A DNA stretch of 64,000 nucleotides from positions 320,045 to 384,044 of the forward strand of contig NZ_CBDBNY010000004.1 in the NCBI RefSeq assembly GCF_965208055.1, given 5' to 3'. Made by a program: the position numbers and the translations under genes. The stretch comes from Candidatus Palauibacter sp. Its GTDB lineage: Bacteria; Gemmatimonadota; Gemmatimonadetes; Palauibacterales; Palauibacteraceae. The notes under the pieces were generated by a model. That model worked only from the letters and a program-made list of their open reading frames with translations. It was not told the origin of the DNA and searched no databases. This document shows, one piece after another, positions 1 through 9,505 of the stretch. Every line of letters starts with the position of its first letter. Within the stretch, counting starts at the first letter, position 1.

Positions 1-1252
1 TGGCGCGAAGCAAATCGTAGTAGTCGATCCAGGCGGCGGATCGCATGGACAGGGCACTGAGCCGAGCGTTCCGGAAGGCGCTCGCCGCGTCGAGCAGCTC
101 CAGAAGCGCCATTTCATTCTCGCCGTAAGCCGCCATCGCGGCCGCCAGCAGCGCCTCGCTGTCCGCCAGCAGGCCGTCGGCCACGCTTTCGAGACGGGCG
201 CGACTGGAGGCGTACCGATCCGACGCGATCAGAAGATCGTTCTCCGCCAGCCGTCGCTGAAGATCGAGACGATACGCGGCGGCGGAACTTCGGGCGTCGG
301 CCTCCTCGCGGGCGCCTCCTCCGCGATCGAACAACGGCAGCGGGAGATCGAGGCCCAGGCTGAGCCCGTGGAATCCGTCCTCCTGGTGCCGGTATCCGAA
401 GCCGATCGTCGGAATCGGCACCCAGCCGGACCTCGCGATGGAGAGTTCGGCCTGTGCGGCGTCAAGGTCCCGAGCCGCGGCCTCCAGATCCGGCCGCCCC
501 GGCAGGGCGCCGAGCGCGTCCTCCCGAGTCACCCGCGGCGGCACGCCCTCAAGCTCCGCGGACGGTCCGACCTCCTCGCTGCCGGCCCCGGGAAAGATCA
601 GCGCGGCCAAATGCCTGCGGGCGGCACGGCCCCGGAGTTCCGCCTCGGCCACATCCTGCTCGGCCTGCACCCGCTCCAGCCGCAGGCGCCGGGCCTGGAA
701 GGCGGAAATGTCCCCCGCTTCCAGCCGGATTTCCGCATCCTCGGCCACTTCTTGGATCACCGACGCGGCGTGGCGCGCGGTGAGTTCCGCCGCCTCGGCG
801 AACCACGCCAGCGCCCAGGTCTCGCGAACCTCGAAGGCGAGCCGAATGGAGTCACCGCGAAAGCGCGCTACGCCGGCCCCGACAATGTGCCCGGCGGCGC
901 GGCGCCGGGCCGCGGTACGGCCGGGCCATTCCAGCGTCTGGGAGAGCCGCACAATCTCTTCCCAGTGCTGTTCCAGCTCGTGGTCGAGATCGTCGCGGCT
1001 GATGGAAAACGACGGGTTGAAGTAGGCACGAGACTGGCGGGCCGCTCCCGCGATCTCGGCCGCCTCGGACCGCGCGATCTTCAGCGCGAGGCTGTTCTCG
1101 GCGAACGCTTCGAGAGCCTCCGCCAGCGAGACCCGGCGTACCGCCTCCCGGCTTGGCATGTCCTGAGCGGCGGTCGCGCACGGCACGGCGAGGAGCGCGC
1201 CAAGCCCGAGGAGCATTCGTAAACCCGGAGAGGGCCGCGACACGTTCATCAT
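1..1252 (-). CDS. Outer membrane efflux protein (TolC/CzcC-like outer membrane factor). 3' end runs off the window.
   Basis: Minus-strand translation from the ATG at 1252 gives MMNVSRPSPGLRMLLGLGALLAVPCATAAQD..., a signal peptide, followed by amphipathic OMF-like sequence. The start overlaps the stop of the upstream CDF gene by ATGA. The six-frame track does not list it because it is open to the window edge. Confidence 0.55.
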   Translation of the reverse strand, partial: MMNVSRPSPGLRMLLGLGALLAVPCATAAQDMPSREAVRRVSLAEALEAFAENSLALKIARSEAAEIAGAARQSRAYFNPSFSISRDDLDHELEQHWEEIVRLSQTLEWPGRTAARRRAAGHIVGAGVARFRGDSIRLAFEVRETWALAWFAEAAELTARHAASVIQEVAEDAEIRLEAGDISAFQARRLRLERVQAEQDVAEAELRGRAARRHLAALIFPGAGSEEVGPSAELEGVPPRVTREDALGALPGRPDLEAAARDLDAAQAELSIARSGWVPIPTIGFGYRHQEDGFHGLSLGLDLPLPLFDRGGGAREEADARSSAAAYRLDLQRRLAENDLLIASDRYASSRARLESVADGLLADSEALLAAAMAAYGENEMALLELLDAASAFRNARLSALSMRSAAWIDYYDLLRA

Positions 1253-2199
1253 GGGTTTCGGGCGGTGGCCAGCAGGTGGTCGACATGATGCGACTCAATG
1301 CAGCGACCGACCCTGGTCTCAACCTGAATCGTGATGTGGTGAATGTTGAATTCGTCGTACGCGATGTCCCGGATCCGGTCCAGCAGGGGTTCGACCCGCC
1401 GATCCGATTCGTAACCGGGCTCCACCAGGAGGTGCGCCGTCAGCGCATCGTATCCGGGAGAAATGGCCCAGCAATGCACATCGTGAATCGTCGTCACGCC
1501 CTCGAGTTCCTCGATCTGGTGGCAGAGGGCGTAGACATCGATGTGTTCCGGCGTGCTCCCCAGAAGCACCTGCACGACCCCCGACAGCAGGCGCCAGGTG
1601 CTCGCCAGGATCGCAATGCCGATCAGCACGCTGAGTGCCGAGTCGGCAACGTGCTGGCCGAACGCCCACACCAGCACGCCCGCCACGACGACGGCCACGG
1701 CCCCGAGCAGGTCGGTCATCATGTGCTGCAGCACGCCGGCGACGTTGGTGTTCGTCTGAGCCGGCCCGTGCAGGATCGCGAGGGCCGAAATGTTCACGAC
1801 CAGGCCGACCGCCCCCACGATGAGCATGAGTTCGCCCTGAACCTCGGACGCCCCGGAGAAACGGCGGTATGCCTCGAAGAACACCGCGATGGAAATGCCC
1901 CAGAGCAGCAGCGCATTGACGAGGGCTGCGAGGATTTCCGTGCGCTGCAGACCGTACGTCCGTTCCGCCGAGGCCGACTGGCCCACGAAACGGGTAGCCC
2001 CCAGCGCGAGCGCGAGGGACACCGCGTCCGCGAGCATGTGTCCGGCGTGGGCGAGAAGGGCCAGGCTGCCGGCGAGATAGCCGCCGATGACGGCCGCGAG
2101 CATGTACCCGACGATCAGCACGAGCGCCGCGATGAGGCTCTGCTTGCTCGCGCTGAGCGAATCCTGAGCGTCGGAGGCTTCCGGGTAAGACTGCGGCAT
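1249..2199 (-). CDS. Cation diffusion facilitator family metal efflux protein (CzcD/ZitB-like)
   Basis: 316 aa with 6 TM helices. Typical CDF motifs are present (HMLADA...SL, C-terminal cytoplasmic domain HDVHCWAISPGYDALTAHLLV). Confidence 0.9.
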   Translation of the reverse strand: MPQSYPEASDAQDSLSASKQSLIAALVLIVGYMLAAVIGGYLAGSLALLAHAGHMLADAVSLALALGATRFVGQSASAERTYGLQRTEILAALVNALLLWGISIAVFFEAYRRFSGASEVQGELMLIVGAVGLVVNISALAILHGPAQTNTNVAGVLQHMMTDLLGAVAVVVAGVLVWAFGQHVADSALSVLIGIAILASTWRLLSGVVQVLLGSTPEHIDVYALCHQIEELEGVTTIHDVHCWAISPGYDALTAHLLVEPGYESDRRVEPLLDRIRDIAYDEFNIHHITIQVETRVGRCIESHHVDHLLATARNP

Positions 2200-2479
2200 G
2201 GCGACTACCGGATCTTGTTGGGGTTTGTGCTGGTCCCGGGTTCGTCGTCCCTCTCCGTCCTCGGCGCCCCGGGCCTACGACCTTCGCGTACTCTCCCGGG
2301 GACCGCTTCCTGCAGCGCTTCGGACTCAGCGGCGATCCTCGACCCGTGAGGTTTGAACCTACCGGGAATCGCAAAAAACGTACATGGCGAGTCTTGTCCA
2401 GCGGGGCATGAGCCTGAACGAGGAACGGGTTTCCACCGGGAGGTGAGCCTGAAGCGCGGGGCGATGAGATCATGGAGGC

Positions 2480-3100
2480 ATGATCGTGACGCTTCGCACC
2501 GAACGGATTCGGACGCTCGATGAGGTTCGCGCCTTCCTCGAGGGCGGCGAGCGGGTGGGTTTCACCCGCAACGACCGGGGCTCGGCCTACGTGTTCGTGA
2601 GACGGTCGCTGGAGAAGCTCCGCCACCACCGCCTCCGCAAGCCGGACAAGGGCCTCGTCAAGGCCTATCTGGCCAAGGTGACCGGGCTCTCGAGAGCGCA
2701 GCTTACCCGGCTCATCGCCCGGCACAGGAGAACCGGCCACATCCGCGACCGCCGCAGGAAGCCCCGTCCAACGCCTTCCAGCGCCGTTACACGCCCGGGG
2801 ACGCCGCCCTCCCGGCCGAGGTCGACGACGCCTGCGACCGGCTCTCGGGACCCGCCACCAAGGAGATCCTCCGTCGACAGGGCCGCATCAAGAAGCGCTA
2901 CCGCCAGCGGGTCGTCGCCACCCCCTACGACAAGCTCAAGTCCCTCGACGGCGCCGAAGACTTCCTCCGGCCCGGCGTCACCTTCGAGGACCTCGACCGC
3001 CTCGCCGCCCGAGGCTTCCTGCGGATACCCGCTCCGCGGGTGGCGGCGAGGAAGGCCGTCGCGCACATCGCCGAGGCGGTGAGCCGGCCCGCGAGCGCGC
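2480..3100 (+). pseudogene. IS transposase remnant (N-terminal HTH part, frameshifted around position 2760 and truncated)
   Basis: N-terminal sequence MIVTLRTERIRTLDEVRAFLEGG...YLAKVTGLSRAQLTRLIARHRRTGHI looks like a transposase helper/HTH region. Reading continues in the +1 frame (PSNAFQRRYTPGD...RQGRIKKRYRQRVVATPYDKLKSLDGAEDFLRPGVTFEDLDRLAARGF). It is far too short for an intact transposase. A second diverged copy lies at 5505-5720. Confidence 0.55.
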
Positions 3101-3109
3101 CGGGCGTAT

Positions 3110-3709
3110 TCAGTCGTGAATGTGGTCGTGGCGCCCCTGGTGGAACACGACGTGAAGCAGCGATCCCGCGACGAACGCCTGGTAGATTTCAAGCGCGGCG
3201 TGCTCATCCGGGAGTATTCCCGTGCCCGCCGCGAACCCGATCACCGTCGCCAGGAGGATCGCTCCGATTCCCGCGATGGCGACGGCGACGCCGTGCCGAG
3301 GCTCGAGCAGCCACCAGATCAGCAGCCCGACGGCGACCCGATGCAGGACGACGGCGAAGGCGAACGGAGCGCTCGCCGTGGCCGGCATCAGCGCGCCGCC
3401 CTCCAGCAGCGCGTGCAGGACCATCGAGCACACGCCCAGGAGGATGGTGAGGTTGTCCGTGTGCCGCGCCACCGAATGGGAGATCTTTTCGATGAGATAG
3501 AGGACGCCGCCTCCCAGCACGACAGCGATGAGGGGTCCGATCTCGCGATGGATCCAGACGTGCGGGAGAACCTGCACGGCGACCAGCACGGGGAGGACCA
3601 CGAGAACGACGGTGTCGATGACACGGATCGTCTTCGGGCGATTGTGCAGCCAAACGTAGAGTAGGACTCCGGCGACCGGCGCCAGCAGCGCAGCTATGAG
3701 CGGACCCAT
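3110..3709 (-). CDS. Small polytopic membrane protein, possibly a divergent ZIP-like metal permease
   Basis: 199 aa with about 6 hydrophobic helices. Has an H..LLEGG motif reminiscent of the ZIP HxxxEG signature and a His-rich C-terminus (HQGRHDHIHD). Co-oriented with the His-rich protein and the CDF gene. Confidence 0.4.
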   Translation of the reverse strand: MGPLIAALLAPVAGVLLYVWLHNRPKTIRVIDTVVLVVLPVLVAVQVLPHVWIHREIGPLIAVVLGGGVLYLIEKISHSVARHTDNLTILLGVCSMVLHALLEGGALMPATASAPFAFAVVLHRVAVGLLIWWLLEPRHGVAVAIAGIGAILLATVIGFAAGTGILPDEHAALEIYQAFVAGSLLHVVFHQGRHDHIHD

Positions 3710-3815
3710 TCAGAATCTGTCAGGGCTTTCGGTGCCGGGTTTCGCGACGGAGGCAATGTGGGAACAGCCGCCGGGCCAGGCCGGCGGCTGTTCCCGGGGC
3801 AGATTATACGGACCG

Positions 3816-4139
3816 TTACGCCGGACCGTGATCGTCGCAGTGCCCGGCGTGCGAGTGATGCAGGTGGCCGGCGACCACGTAGTCCGTGTGCCCATCGTGC
3901 TCCACGGCTTCGTGGCCGCATCCGTCGCCGTGCGTGTGATCGCTGTCGTGCCCGTCGCAGTCGTGGCCATGACCCTCGGCCGGGCCGTGGTCGTCGCAGT
4001 GGTCCCCGTGCACATGGTGGAGATGGCCATCGACCACATAGTCCGTATGGCCGTCGTGCTCCACGGCTTCGTGGCCGCAGTCGTCTCCGTGCTGATGGCT
4101 GCTGTCGTGGCTCTCGCAGCTGTGGTCGTGCTCGCCCAT
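3816..4139 (-). CDS. Histidine/aspartate-rich metal-binding protein with an internal duplication
   Basis: 107 aa, roughly 35% His+Asp+Cys. Carries two copies of CGHEAVEHDGHTDYVV(D/A)GHLHH.H..HCDDHGPA. No signal peptide. Lies between the permease and the CDF gene on the same strand. Confidence 0.6.
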   Translation of the reverse strand: MGEHDHSCESHDSSHQHGDDCGHEAVEHDGHTDYVVDGHLHHVHGDHCDDHGPAEGHGHDCDGHDSDHTHGDGCGHEAVEHDGHTDYVVAGHLHHSHAGHCDDHGPA

Positions 4140-4229
4140 CGCTTTCCTCCTTGTGGTTTCGATTTCCCCTTCAGGGTTTCGGGTTCCGGAACTTCGGTTC
4201 CTACATCGTCCTCCGCGCCATCGGCAAAG

Positions 4230-5345
4230 CTAATGCGACCGCGCGGTGGCGATGAGGTGATCGACGTGGTGGTCTTCGTTGCAATGCTTGGCAGTGGCCT
4301 CCACCTGCACCGTGACGTGCTGCAGGTTGAACTCGTTATAGGCGATCTCCCGGATCTTGCCGAGAAGACTCGTTGTGTCGTCCTCGTGCTCCGGATCCAC
4401 CAGGACATGGGCCGTGAGCGCGTCGTAACCCGGCGCGAGCGTCCACACATGGACGTCGTGGATCACCGTGACTCCGTCGATATCCTCGATCTGGTGGCAG
4501 AGCTTGTACACGTCGACGTGTTCCGGCGTCCCCTCGAGCAGCACGTGCACGACCTTGGCCAGCAGGCGCCACGTGCTGAGCAGGATCAGAATCCCGATGA
4601 GGACGCTGAGGATCGGGTCGGAGATGTACCAGTCGAAGGCCCACACGAGCACCCCGGAGACGATGACCGCCACCGAGCCCAGAATGTCGGCGATCACGTG
4701 GGCCAGGGCGCCTTCGACGTTCACACTGTGTTTCGCGGACCGGTGCAGCACCCAGGCGGCGGCGAGATTGGCGAGGAGCCCGAGCGTTCCGACGATCAGC
4801 ATCAGGCCGCCCTCGACCTCGGGTATGTCGCGAAAGCGGTGGTAGGCCTCGAAGATCACCCAGGCCGAGATCAGCCACAGTGTGAGGGCGTTGATGAGGG
4901 CCGCGAGGATCTCCAGCCGATGGTAGCCGAAGGTGCGCTCCACCGAGGCGGCGCGCGTGGCGAAATGCACGGCGAACAGCGCCAGGCCGATCGAGGCCGC
5001 ATCGGTGAGCATGTGTCCCGCGTCGGCGATGAGCGCCAAGCTTCCGGACAGGACGCCCCCGACCACCTCGACGAACATGAAGCTTGCGATGATCAGCAGG
5101 GCGACGGTCAGGTCGCGCTTGCTGGCGTTCCTCAGTTCCTCCGAATGATCGTGGGCGCCGAAAATCCCGTGGTGGTGGTGATGGTGGTCGTGATCGTGAC
5201 CGTGGTGATGGTGGCCATGCCCGTGATGATCATGCCCGTGATCGTGCGCGTGATCGTGGTCATGCCCATGATCGTGGTCGTGATCGTCGGCATGGCGGTC
5301 ATCATGATCGTGTCCGCGCCCGTCACGACCACCGCTGAGGTTCAT
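4230..5345 (-). CDS. Cation diffusion facilitator (CzcD/ZitB-like) with a very long His-rich N-terminal extension
   Basis: 371 aa. N-terminal ~60 residues are almost entirely H/D/G (HDHDDRHADDHDHDHGHDHDHAHDHGHDHHGHGHHHHGHDHDHHHHHH). The CDF core is then collinear with the 1249-2199 protein (HMLTDAAS, HDVHVWTLAPGYDALTAHVLV). Confidence 0.9.
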   Translation of the reverse strand: MNLSGGRDGRGHDHDDRHADDHDHDHGHDHDHAHDHGHDHHGHGHHHHGHDHDHHHHHHGIFGAHDHSEELRNASKRDLTVALLIIASFMFVEVVGGVLSGSLALIADAGHMLTDAASIGLALFAVHFATRAASVERTFGYHRLEILAALINALTLWLISAWVIFEAYHRFRDIPEVEGGLMLIVGTLGLLANLAAAWVLHRSAKHSVNVEGALAHVIADILGSVAVIVSGVLVWAFDWYISDPILSVLIGILILLSTWRLLAKVVHVLLEGTPEHVDVYKLCHQIEDIDGVTVIHDVHVWTLAPGYDALTAHVLVDPEHEDDTTSLLGKIREIAYNEFNLQHVTVQVEATAKHCNEDHHVDHLIATARSH

Positions 5346-5504
5346 GGGAAACCACCGCCATCCGAGATGGTTGACCTGATTAGCTGCCGGCGCAACAAGC
5401 TAGCGCCCGCCGCGAGTCTTGTCCAAGTACGGAGCCGTCGTCCGCAAGTCCACGACCACCTCCGCCCCTTCCTCAACTTCCACCCGCCGTGCCTCTTCCC
5501 CTCC

Positions 5505-5720
5505 GAGGTCGAGGGATCCCGGGGCCGCATCAAGAAGCGCTACCGTCGCGGGACGTCGCCACCCCCTACGACAGGCTCAAGTCCGTCGACGGCGCCGAAG
5601 ACTTCCTCCGGCCCGGCGTCACCTTCGAGGAACTCGACCGCCTCGCCGCCTCCACATCCGGTCTCCAGGCAGCCAAGGCCGTCCGCGAGGCCCGCCGCGT
5701 CCTCTTCCGCTCTCTCGACC
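5505..5720 (+). mobile_element. Second degraded copy of the IS transposase C-terminal fragment
   Basis: Nucleotide stretch 5520-5650 (ccgcatcaagaagcgctaccg...ccctacgaca.gctcaagtcc.tcgacggcgccgaagacttcctccggcccggcgtcaccttcgagga.ctcgaccgcctcgccgcc) is near-identical to 2880-3010. Both copies are preceded by gcgagtcttgtcca (2387 and 5421). Confidence 0.5.
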
Positions 5721-6010
5721 CCGCCACGCCGGTCGCCTGAGTCCCGGGTCCGCACACCGACTCGCGTCCCCGTTGCGCGACCCTCGCTCCGCCAAGGATT
5801 AGCCGGAAGAGAATCGAACGCCAACGGCCCCGCGGCCACGGCTCACGACTCCTCGTTCAGCCTCATCTCCGCATCGGAAAACACTCTGCCGCGGGGCGTA
5901 ACTGGCGCATGGGCGCGGCTACCTTGACTCGTTCCGCCCCCGAACGCAGCTTGAGTTAACGATCCGGACTGCCCTGTGACGGCACCCGGAAACACTCTGG
6001 CGGCATAGCC

Positions 6011-6367
6011 GTGAAGCTCATTTCTCCTCGACAGCCGCGGGATCTTCGCCGGTTCGGCGTCTTGGCCATCGTCCTCCTTCAGGCGATGGCTTTCGCCGTC
6101 CTGCCGGCGATGGATGCGGTGCTCGAAGCCGGAGCGTCGAGCACCGTCGCGCACGTCGAAGGGGAGCACAGCGAGCACTGCGACCCCGGACACAGCCACC
6201 TGCTGTGCCAGTTGTCTCGCACCGTGTCGCTGGGGTTCCCCCTCCTGATTCCGATCAATCTGCAGCTGGTACTCGAAACCGGCCCCGACACCCCGATCGC
6301 GAACGCCTGGCAACGCCGCCCGATGCCGCCCGGCGGGAGCGGTCCAAGAGCCCCTCCTCCAGCCTGA
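6011..6367 (+). CDS. Small secreted Cys/His-motif protein, DUF2946-like (typically found with TonB-dependent receptors)
   Basis: 118 aa. Has an N-terminal signal/TM (RRFGVLAIVLLQAMAFAVLPAM) followed by HVEGEHSEHCDPGHSHLLC. Sits immediately upstream of the TonB-dependent receptor on the same strand. The family assignment comes from motif recall, not a search. Confidence 0.4.
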   Translation: MKLISPRQPRDLRRFGVLAIVLLQAMAFAVLPAMDAVLEAGASSTVAHVEGEHSEHCDPGHSHLLCQLSRTVSLGFPLLIPINLQLVLETGPDTPIANAWQRRPMPPGGSGPRAPPPA

Positions 6368-6498
6368 CCCACTCCCGGGCAGATCGTCCCGGAAGCCCCC
6401 CGACCGCCCCATGGGCGGCGGATCGCAAATCTCCCGAAACACACGTTACCCGCTGATGCACTTCAGCGAGACGGCGCCGAGCTTCTCGAGCATGAGCG

Positions 6499-8757
6499 GT
6501 GACTGGCGCGTCTCGAAAAAGGCTGACCATGGTGACAAGGCGTCTGGCCGGTCTCATCACGGCCGTATTGGCAATGGCGATTGGTGCCATCGGCTTGTCC
6601 GCGCAGGTTGAGCATGCGGGCGAGATCGAGGGCGTCGTGCGCGCGGCCGACTCCGACGAGCCTCTCGCCGGCGCGGTGGTCTCCATCGCTGCGTCTGGGG
6701 GCCGGGCGGTCTCGCATGGCGACGGCACATTCCACCTTGCCGTGCCGGGCCTGCGCATCTACACGGTGCGCGTCGAACGCCTGGGCTACCGTACGGTCAC
6801 GCTGGAAGTGGATGCGTCGGCGGAAGAGATCGTGGTCGTGGAGATGGAAGCCAATCCCATCTCCCTGCCGGACCTCGTGGTCACGGGATCCGTGGTCGCG
6901 CGCGCGGCGAACGAAGTGTTGCGCCCAACCAGCGTATTCGCTGGGGAGGAGCTTCAGCGTCGCCTGGCCGGGACCCTGGCGGAGACGCTAGCCTCCGAGC
7001 CGGGACTGGCGGTGAGCAGCATGGGGCCGGGCTCGGCGCACCCGGTGATCCGGGGGCTCAGCGGAGACCGCATCCTGATGCTCGAGGACGGAGAACGGGT
7101 CGGCGACGAATTTGCGAGCGGTCCAGACCACGCCACGGCGCTCGACGCATCGTCGGCGCGCCGCGTCGAGGTCATCCGCGGACCGGGTGCGATTCTGTAC
7201 GGAAGCAACGCCCTGGGGGGCGTCATCAACGTCGTCCGCGACGACGTGCCCCCATCGGTGCCGCACCACCTGACGGGCGCGCTGACGGGTGCGTTCACTC
7301 TTCAGGGACAGAGCGTCAGCAACGCCGTGGGCGGAAGCCTGAATCTCACGCAGCGCCTGACGAGTCACATTCCCGTTCGGCTTGAACTCTCGCGTCGCAG
7401 CAGCGGCGATCTGACGACCCCGGTCGGACTCCTGCAGAACACGAACACGGATATCCGGGAGGTTTCCGGCGGAACATCGTGGGTGGACGACTGGGGCCAT
7501 GCCGGCGCGACCTTCCGCTACTACGGCAACGACTACGGCATCCCCGGCGGCTTCGTGGGAGGTCACGAGGCCGGGGTTCGCGTCGAGATGCAGCGCACGG
7601 CGGCCAGGTTGCGCGGTGTGCTCCGGCCTCCCGGGGCCTTCGAGAGCATCGAGATCGACGCGGGGCACACCTGGTACGAGCACAGGGAGATCGAACCCCC
7701 GGACATTCTGGGCACGCTCTACGAGCGCCAGACGGTGAGCGGCGAGATCCTGGCCCGCCACGGCGGCTGGGGCCCCGTTTCTTCGGGGGCGATGGGGACG
7801 CGGGCTTCCTGGGAGGACTTCGGGTTCGGAGGCGCGCTCTTCACGCCGAACTCCACGCAGACCTCGCTCGCCGTATTCGCGCTGGAGGAGGTCGATCTGA
7901 ATCCGATACGCCTGGAGGCGGGCCTCCGCTACGACTGGGTACGCGTGCGGCCCGACCGGGAGGACCCCTCATCCGACATCGGCCACATTCGCGCGAGGTC
8001 GTTCGGTGCGGCATCCGGGTCCCTGGGGGCTTTGGCAAAGCTCACGCGGAGCTTCACGGTGGGCGCTTCCGTCGCACGGGCCTTCCGCACGCCCAGCGTC
8101 AACGAACTGTTCTCGGAAGGTCCTCATCTGGCCGCCTACGCCTTCGAGGTTGGGAACCCGTCGCTCGAGACGGAGCGCGGGACCGGCATCGACCTGTTCG
8201 TCCGGATCACCGGCGACCGGCTGAACGCCGAGGTGACGTGGTTCCACAACGCCATCGCGGACTACGTTTTCCCGCTCGAAACCGGAGAGCTGAGCCGCGT
8301 GCGGCTGCCGATCTTCCAGTTCCAGGGCGAAGACGCGGTGCTCACCGGATTCGAGAGCGCGCTCGAGTGGGCGCCGATCGGGGATCTGACCGTGGAGGCG
8401 GTGGCTTCGTACGTCCAGGGCAGGATCAAGGCGACGGACGAACCGCTTCCCCTGATCCCGCCGCTGCAGGCGCGCTTCGCGGTTGGCTACGCGCCTCGCG
8501 ACTGGTTCGTCGAAGCCGAAACCCGGGTTGCGGCCCGCCAGGACCGGACGGGACCGTTCGAGACCGCAACGGATGGATATGCTGTTTTGGATCTCGCCGC
8601 CGGAGTACGGATCACGTTCATGGGGCGGCTGAACGTGATCACGCTGCGGGGGGAGAACCTTGGCAACGCCGTATACAGAAATCACTTGTCGCGCGTGAAG
8701 GAGATCATGCCCGAAGCGGGCAGGTCCATCAGCGTGGCATATCGCGTCGTCTTCTAG
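6499..8757 (+). CDS. TonB-dependent outer membrane receptor with an N-terminal carboxypeptidase-regulatory-like domain
   Basis: Signal peptide. CarbopepD_reg-like stretch (GVVRAADSDEPLAGAVVSI...YTVRVERLGYRTVTLEV). Plug domain (PGLAVSSMGPGSAHPVIRGLSGDRILMLEDGERV). Long beta-barrel with C-terminal aromatic ...AYRVVF. Alternative ATG start at 6529. Confidence 0.9.
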   Translation: MTGASRKRLTMVTRRLAGLITAVLAMAIGAIGLSAQVEHAGEIEGVVRAADSDEPLAGAVVSIAASGGRAVSHGDGTFHLAVPGLRIYTVRVERLGYRTVTLEVDASAEEIVVVEMEANPISLPDLVVTGSVVARAANEVLRPTSVFAGEELQRRLAGTLAETLASEPGLAVSSMGPGSAHPVIRGLSGDRILMLEDGERVGDEFASGPDHATALDASSARRVEVIRGPGAILYGSNALGGVINVVRDDVPPSVPHHLTGALTGAFTLQGQSVSNAVGGSLNLTQRLTSHIPVRLELSRRSSGDLTTPVGLLQNTNTDIREVSGGTSWVDDWGHAGATFRYYGNDYGIPGGFVGGHEAGVRVEMQRTAARLRGVLRPPGAFESIEIDAGHTWYEHREIEPPDILGTLYERQTVSGEILARHGGWGPVSSGAMGTRASWEDFGFGGALFTPNSTQTSLAVFALEEVDLNPIRLEAGLRYDWVRVRPDREDPSSDIGHIRARSFGAASGSLGALAKLTRSFTVGASVARAFRTPSVNELFSEGPHLAAYAFEVGNPSLETERGTGIDLFVRITGDRLNAEVTWFHNAIADYVFPLETGELSRVRLPIFQFQGEDAVLTGFESALEWAPIGDLTVEAVASYVQGRIKATDEPLPLIPPLQARFAVGYAPRDWFVEAETRVAARQDRTGPFETATDGYAVLDLAAGVRITFMGRLNVITLRGENLGNAVYRNHLSRVKEIMPEAGRSISVAYRVVF

Positions 8758-8835
8758 AGCGAGCCATCCGGAGCCGCACGCGGAAGTGCTCGGTAACGGG
8801 AGCGACCTGGACATCAAGACAAACAAGGAAAAAAA

Positions 8836-9312
8836 ATGAGACATTTTCAGCCGAAACTGCCATTCGCCCTGCTGACCGCGGGACTGCTCGTTCTTTCCGC
8901 CTGCGGCGACAGCGCCATGGAACCTGATGACGATCACGACGAGCACGCCGGAGAGGTGGAGGGCGTGACTCTCACGGTCAGCGGCCAGACCGTCGCGTCG
9001 TACGATGGGCACGATGGAGAGTGGACCGGACAGCTGGAGGTTGGGGCCGGCGAGCAAACGGCGCCCATTTCCGTGCAGTTCGTGGACGAAGAGGGGGACG
9101 CGGTGGAACTGGACGACGACTTCAATCTGCGGGTGGAGACCGCGGATGCGTCCGTAGCGGAGTTCCGGCAGGACACGCCCGGCGGGTACGGCGGAATCCT
9201 GCGCGGCGTGGCGACCGGCGAAACCGAGATTACGTTCAGTCTGGTGCACGGCGCGGTCGATACGGGACATGCGGACTTCGTAACCGAACCGCTGCCGGTG
9301 CGCGTGCGGTAA
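8836..9312 (+). CDS. His/Asp-rich lipoprotein, possible periplasmic metal-binding partner of the receptor
   Basis: Lipobox LVLSAC, then EPDDDHDEHAGEVEG and scattered H/D/E. A-rich RBS upstream (aaaaaaaatgag). Confidence 0.55.
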   Translation: MRHFQPKLPFALLTAGLLVLSACGDSAMEPDDDHDEHAGEVEGVTLTVSGQTVASYDGHDGEWTGQLEVGAGEQTAPISVQFVDEEGDAVELDDDFNLRVETADASVAEFRQDTPGGYGGILRGVATGETEITFSLVHGAVDTGHADFVTEPLPVRVR

Positions 9313-9365
9313 GCACCGGCCCGGCGACGGCCGACAGGGCTCGGCCGTTCGCAGGAGTCCCGCAA

Positions 9366-9393
9366 GCCCTCCCCGGAGCGATTCCCGGGGAGG
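9366..9393 (+). terminator. Rho-independent terminator-like hairpin
   Basis: ccctccccgg-agcgattc-ccggggaggg is a perfect 10-bp inverted repeat, followed by cttgtctcttatt. Lies directly after the lipoprotein stop codon. Confidence 0.5.
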
Positions 9394-9505
9394 GCTTGTC
9401 TCTTATTGCGCTTGACCGCCGGATCGGGTGCGGCTCAGGTTCACGACCCGTGTCCCGCTGCCCGTATGCGGCCGCGTCGACTGTCTACCGTGAACCGAGG
9501 TCTCG

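Noticed and set aside
368-1222. 284-aa plus-strand ORF at the window start
   Set aside because: The minus strand encodes a signal-peptide outer membrane factor that starts by ATGA overlap with the CDF gene. The plus-strand ORF is antisense.
3696-5927. 743-aa plus-strand ORF covering the His-rich protein and CDF2 region
   Set aside because: Antisense to two well-supported minus-strand genes. The translation is low-complexity (V/A/R/H-rich) with no domain. Typical high-GC antisense artefact.
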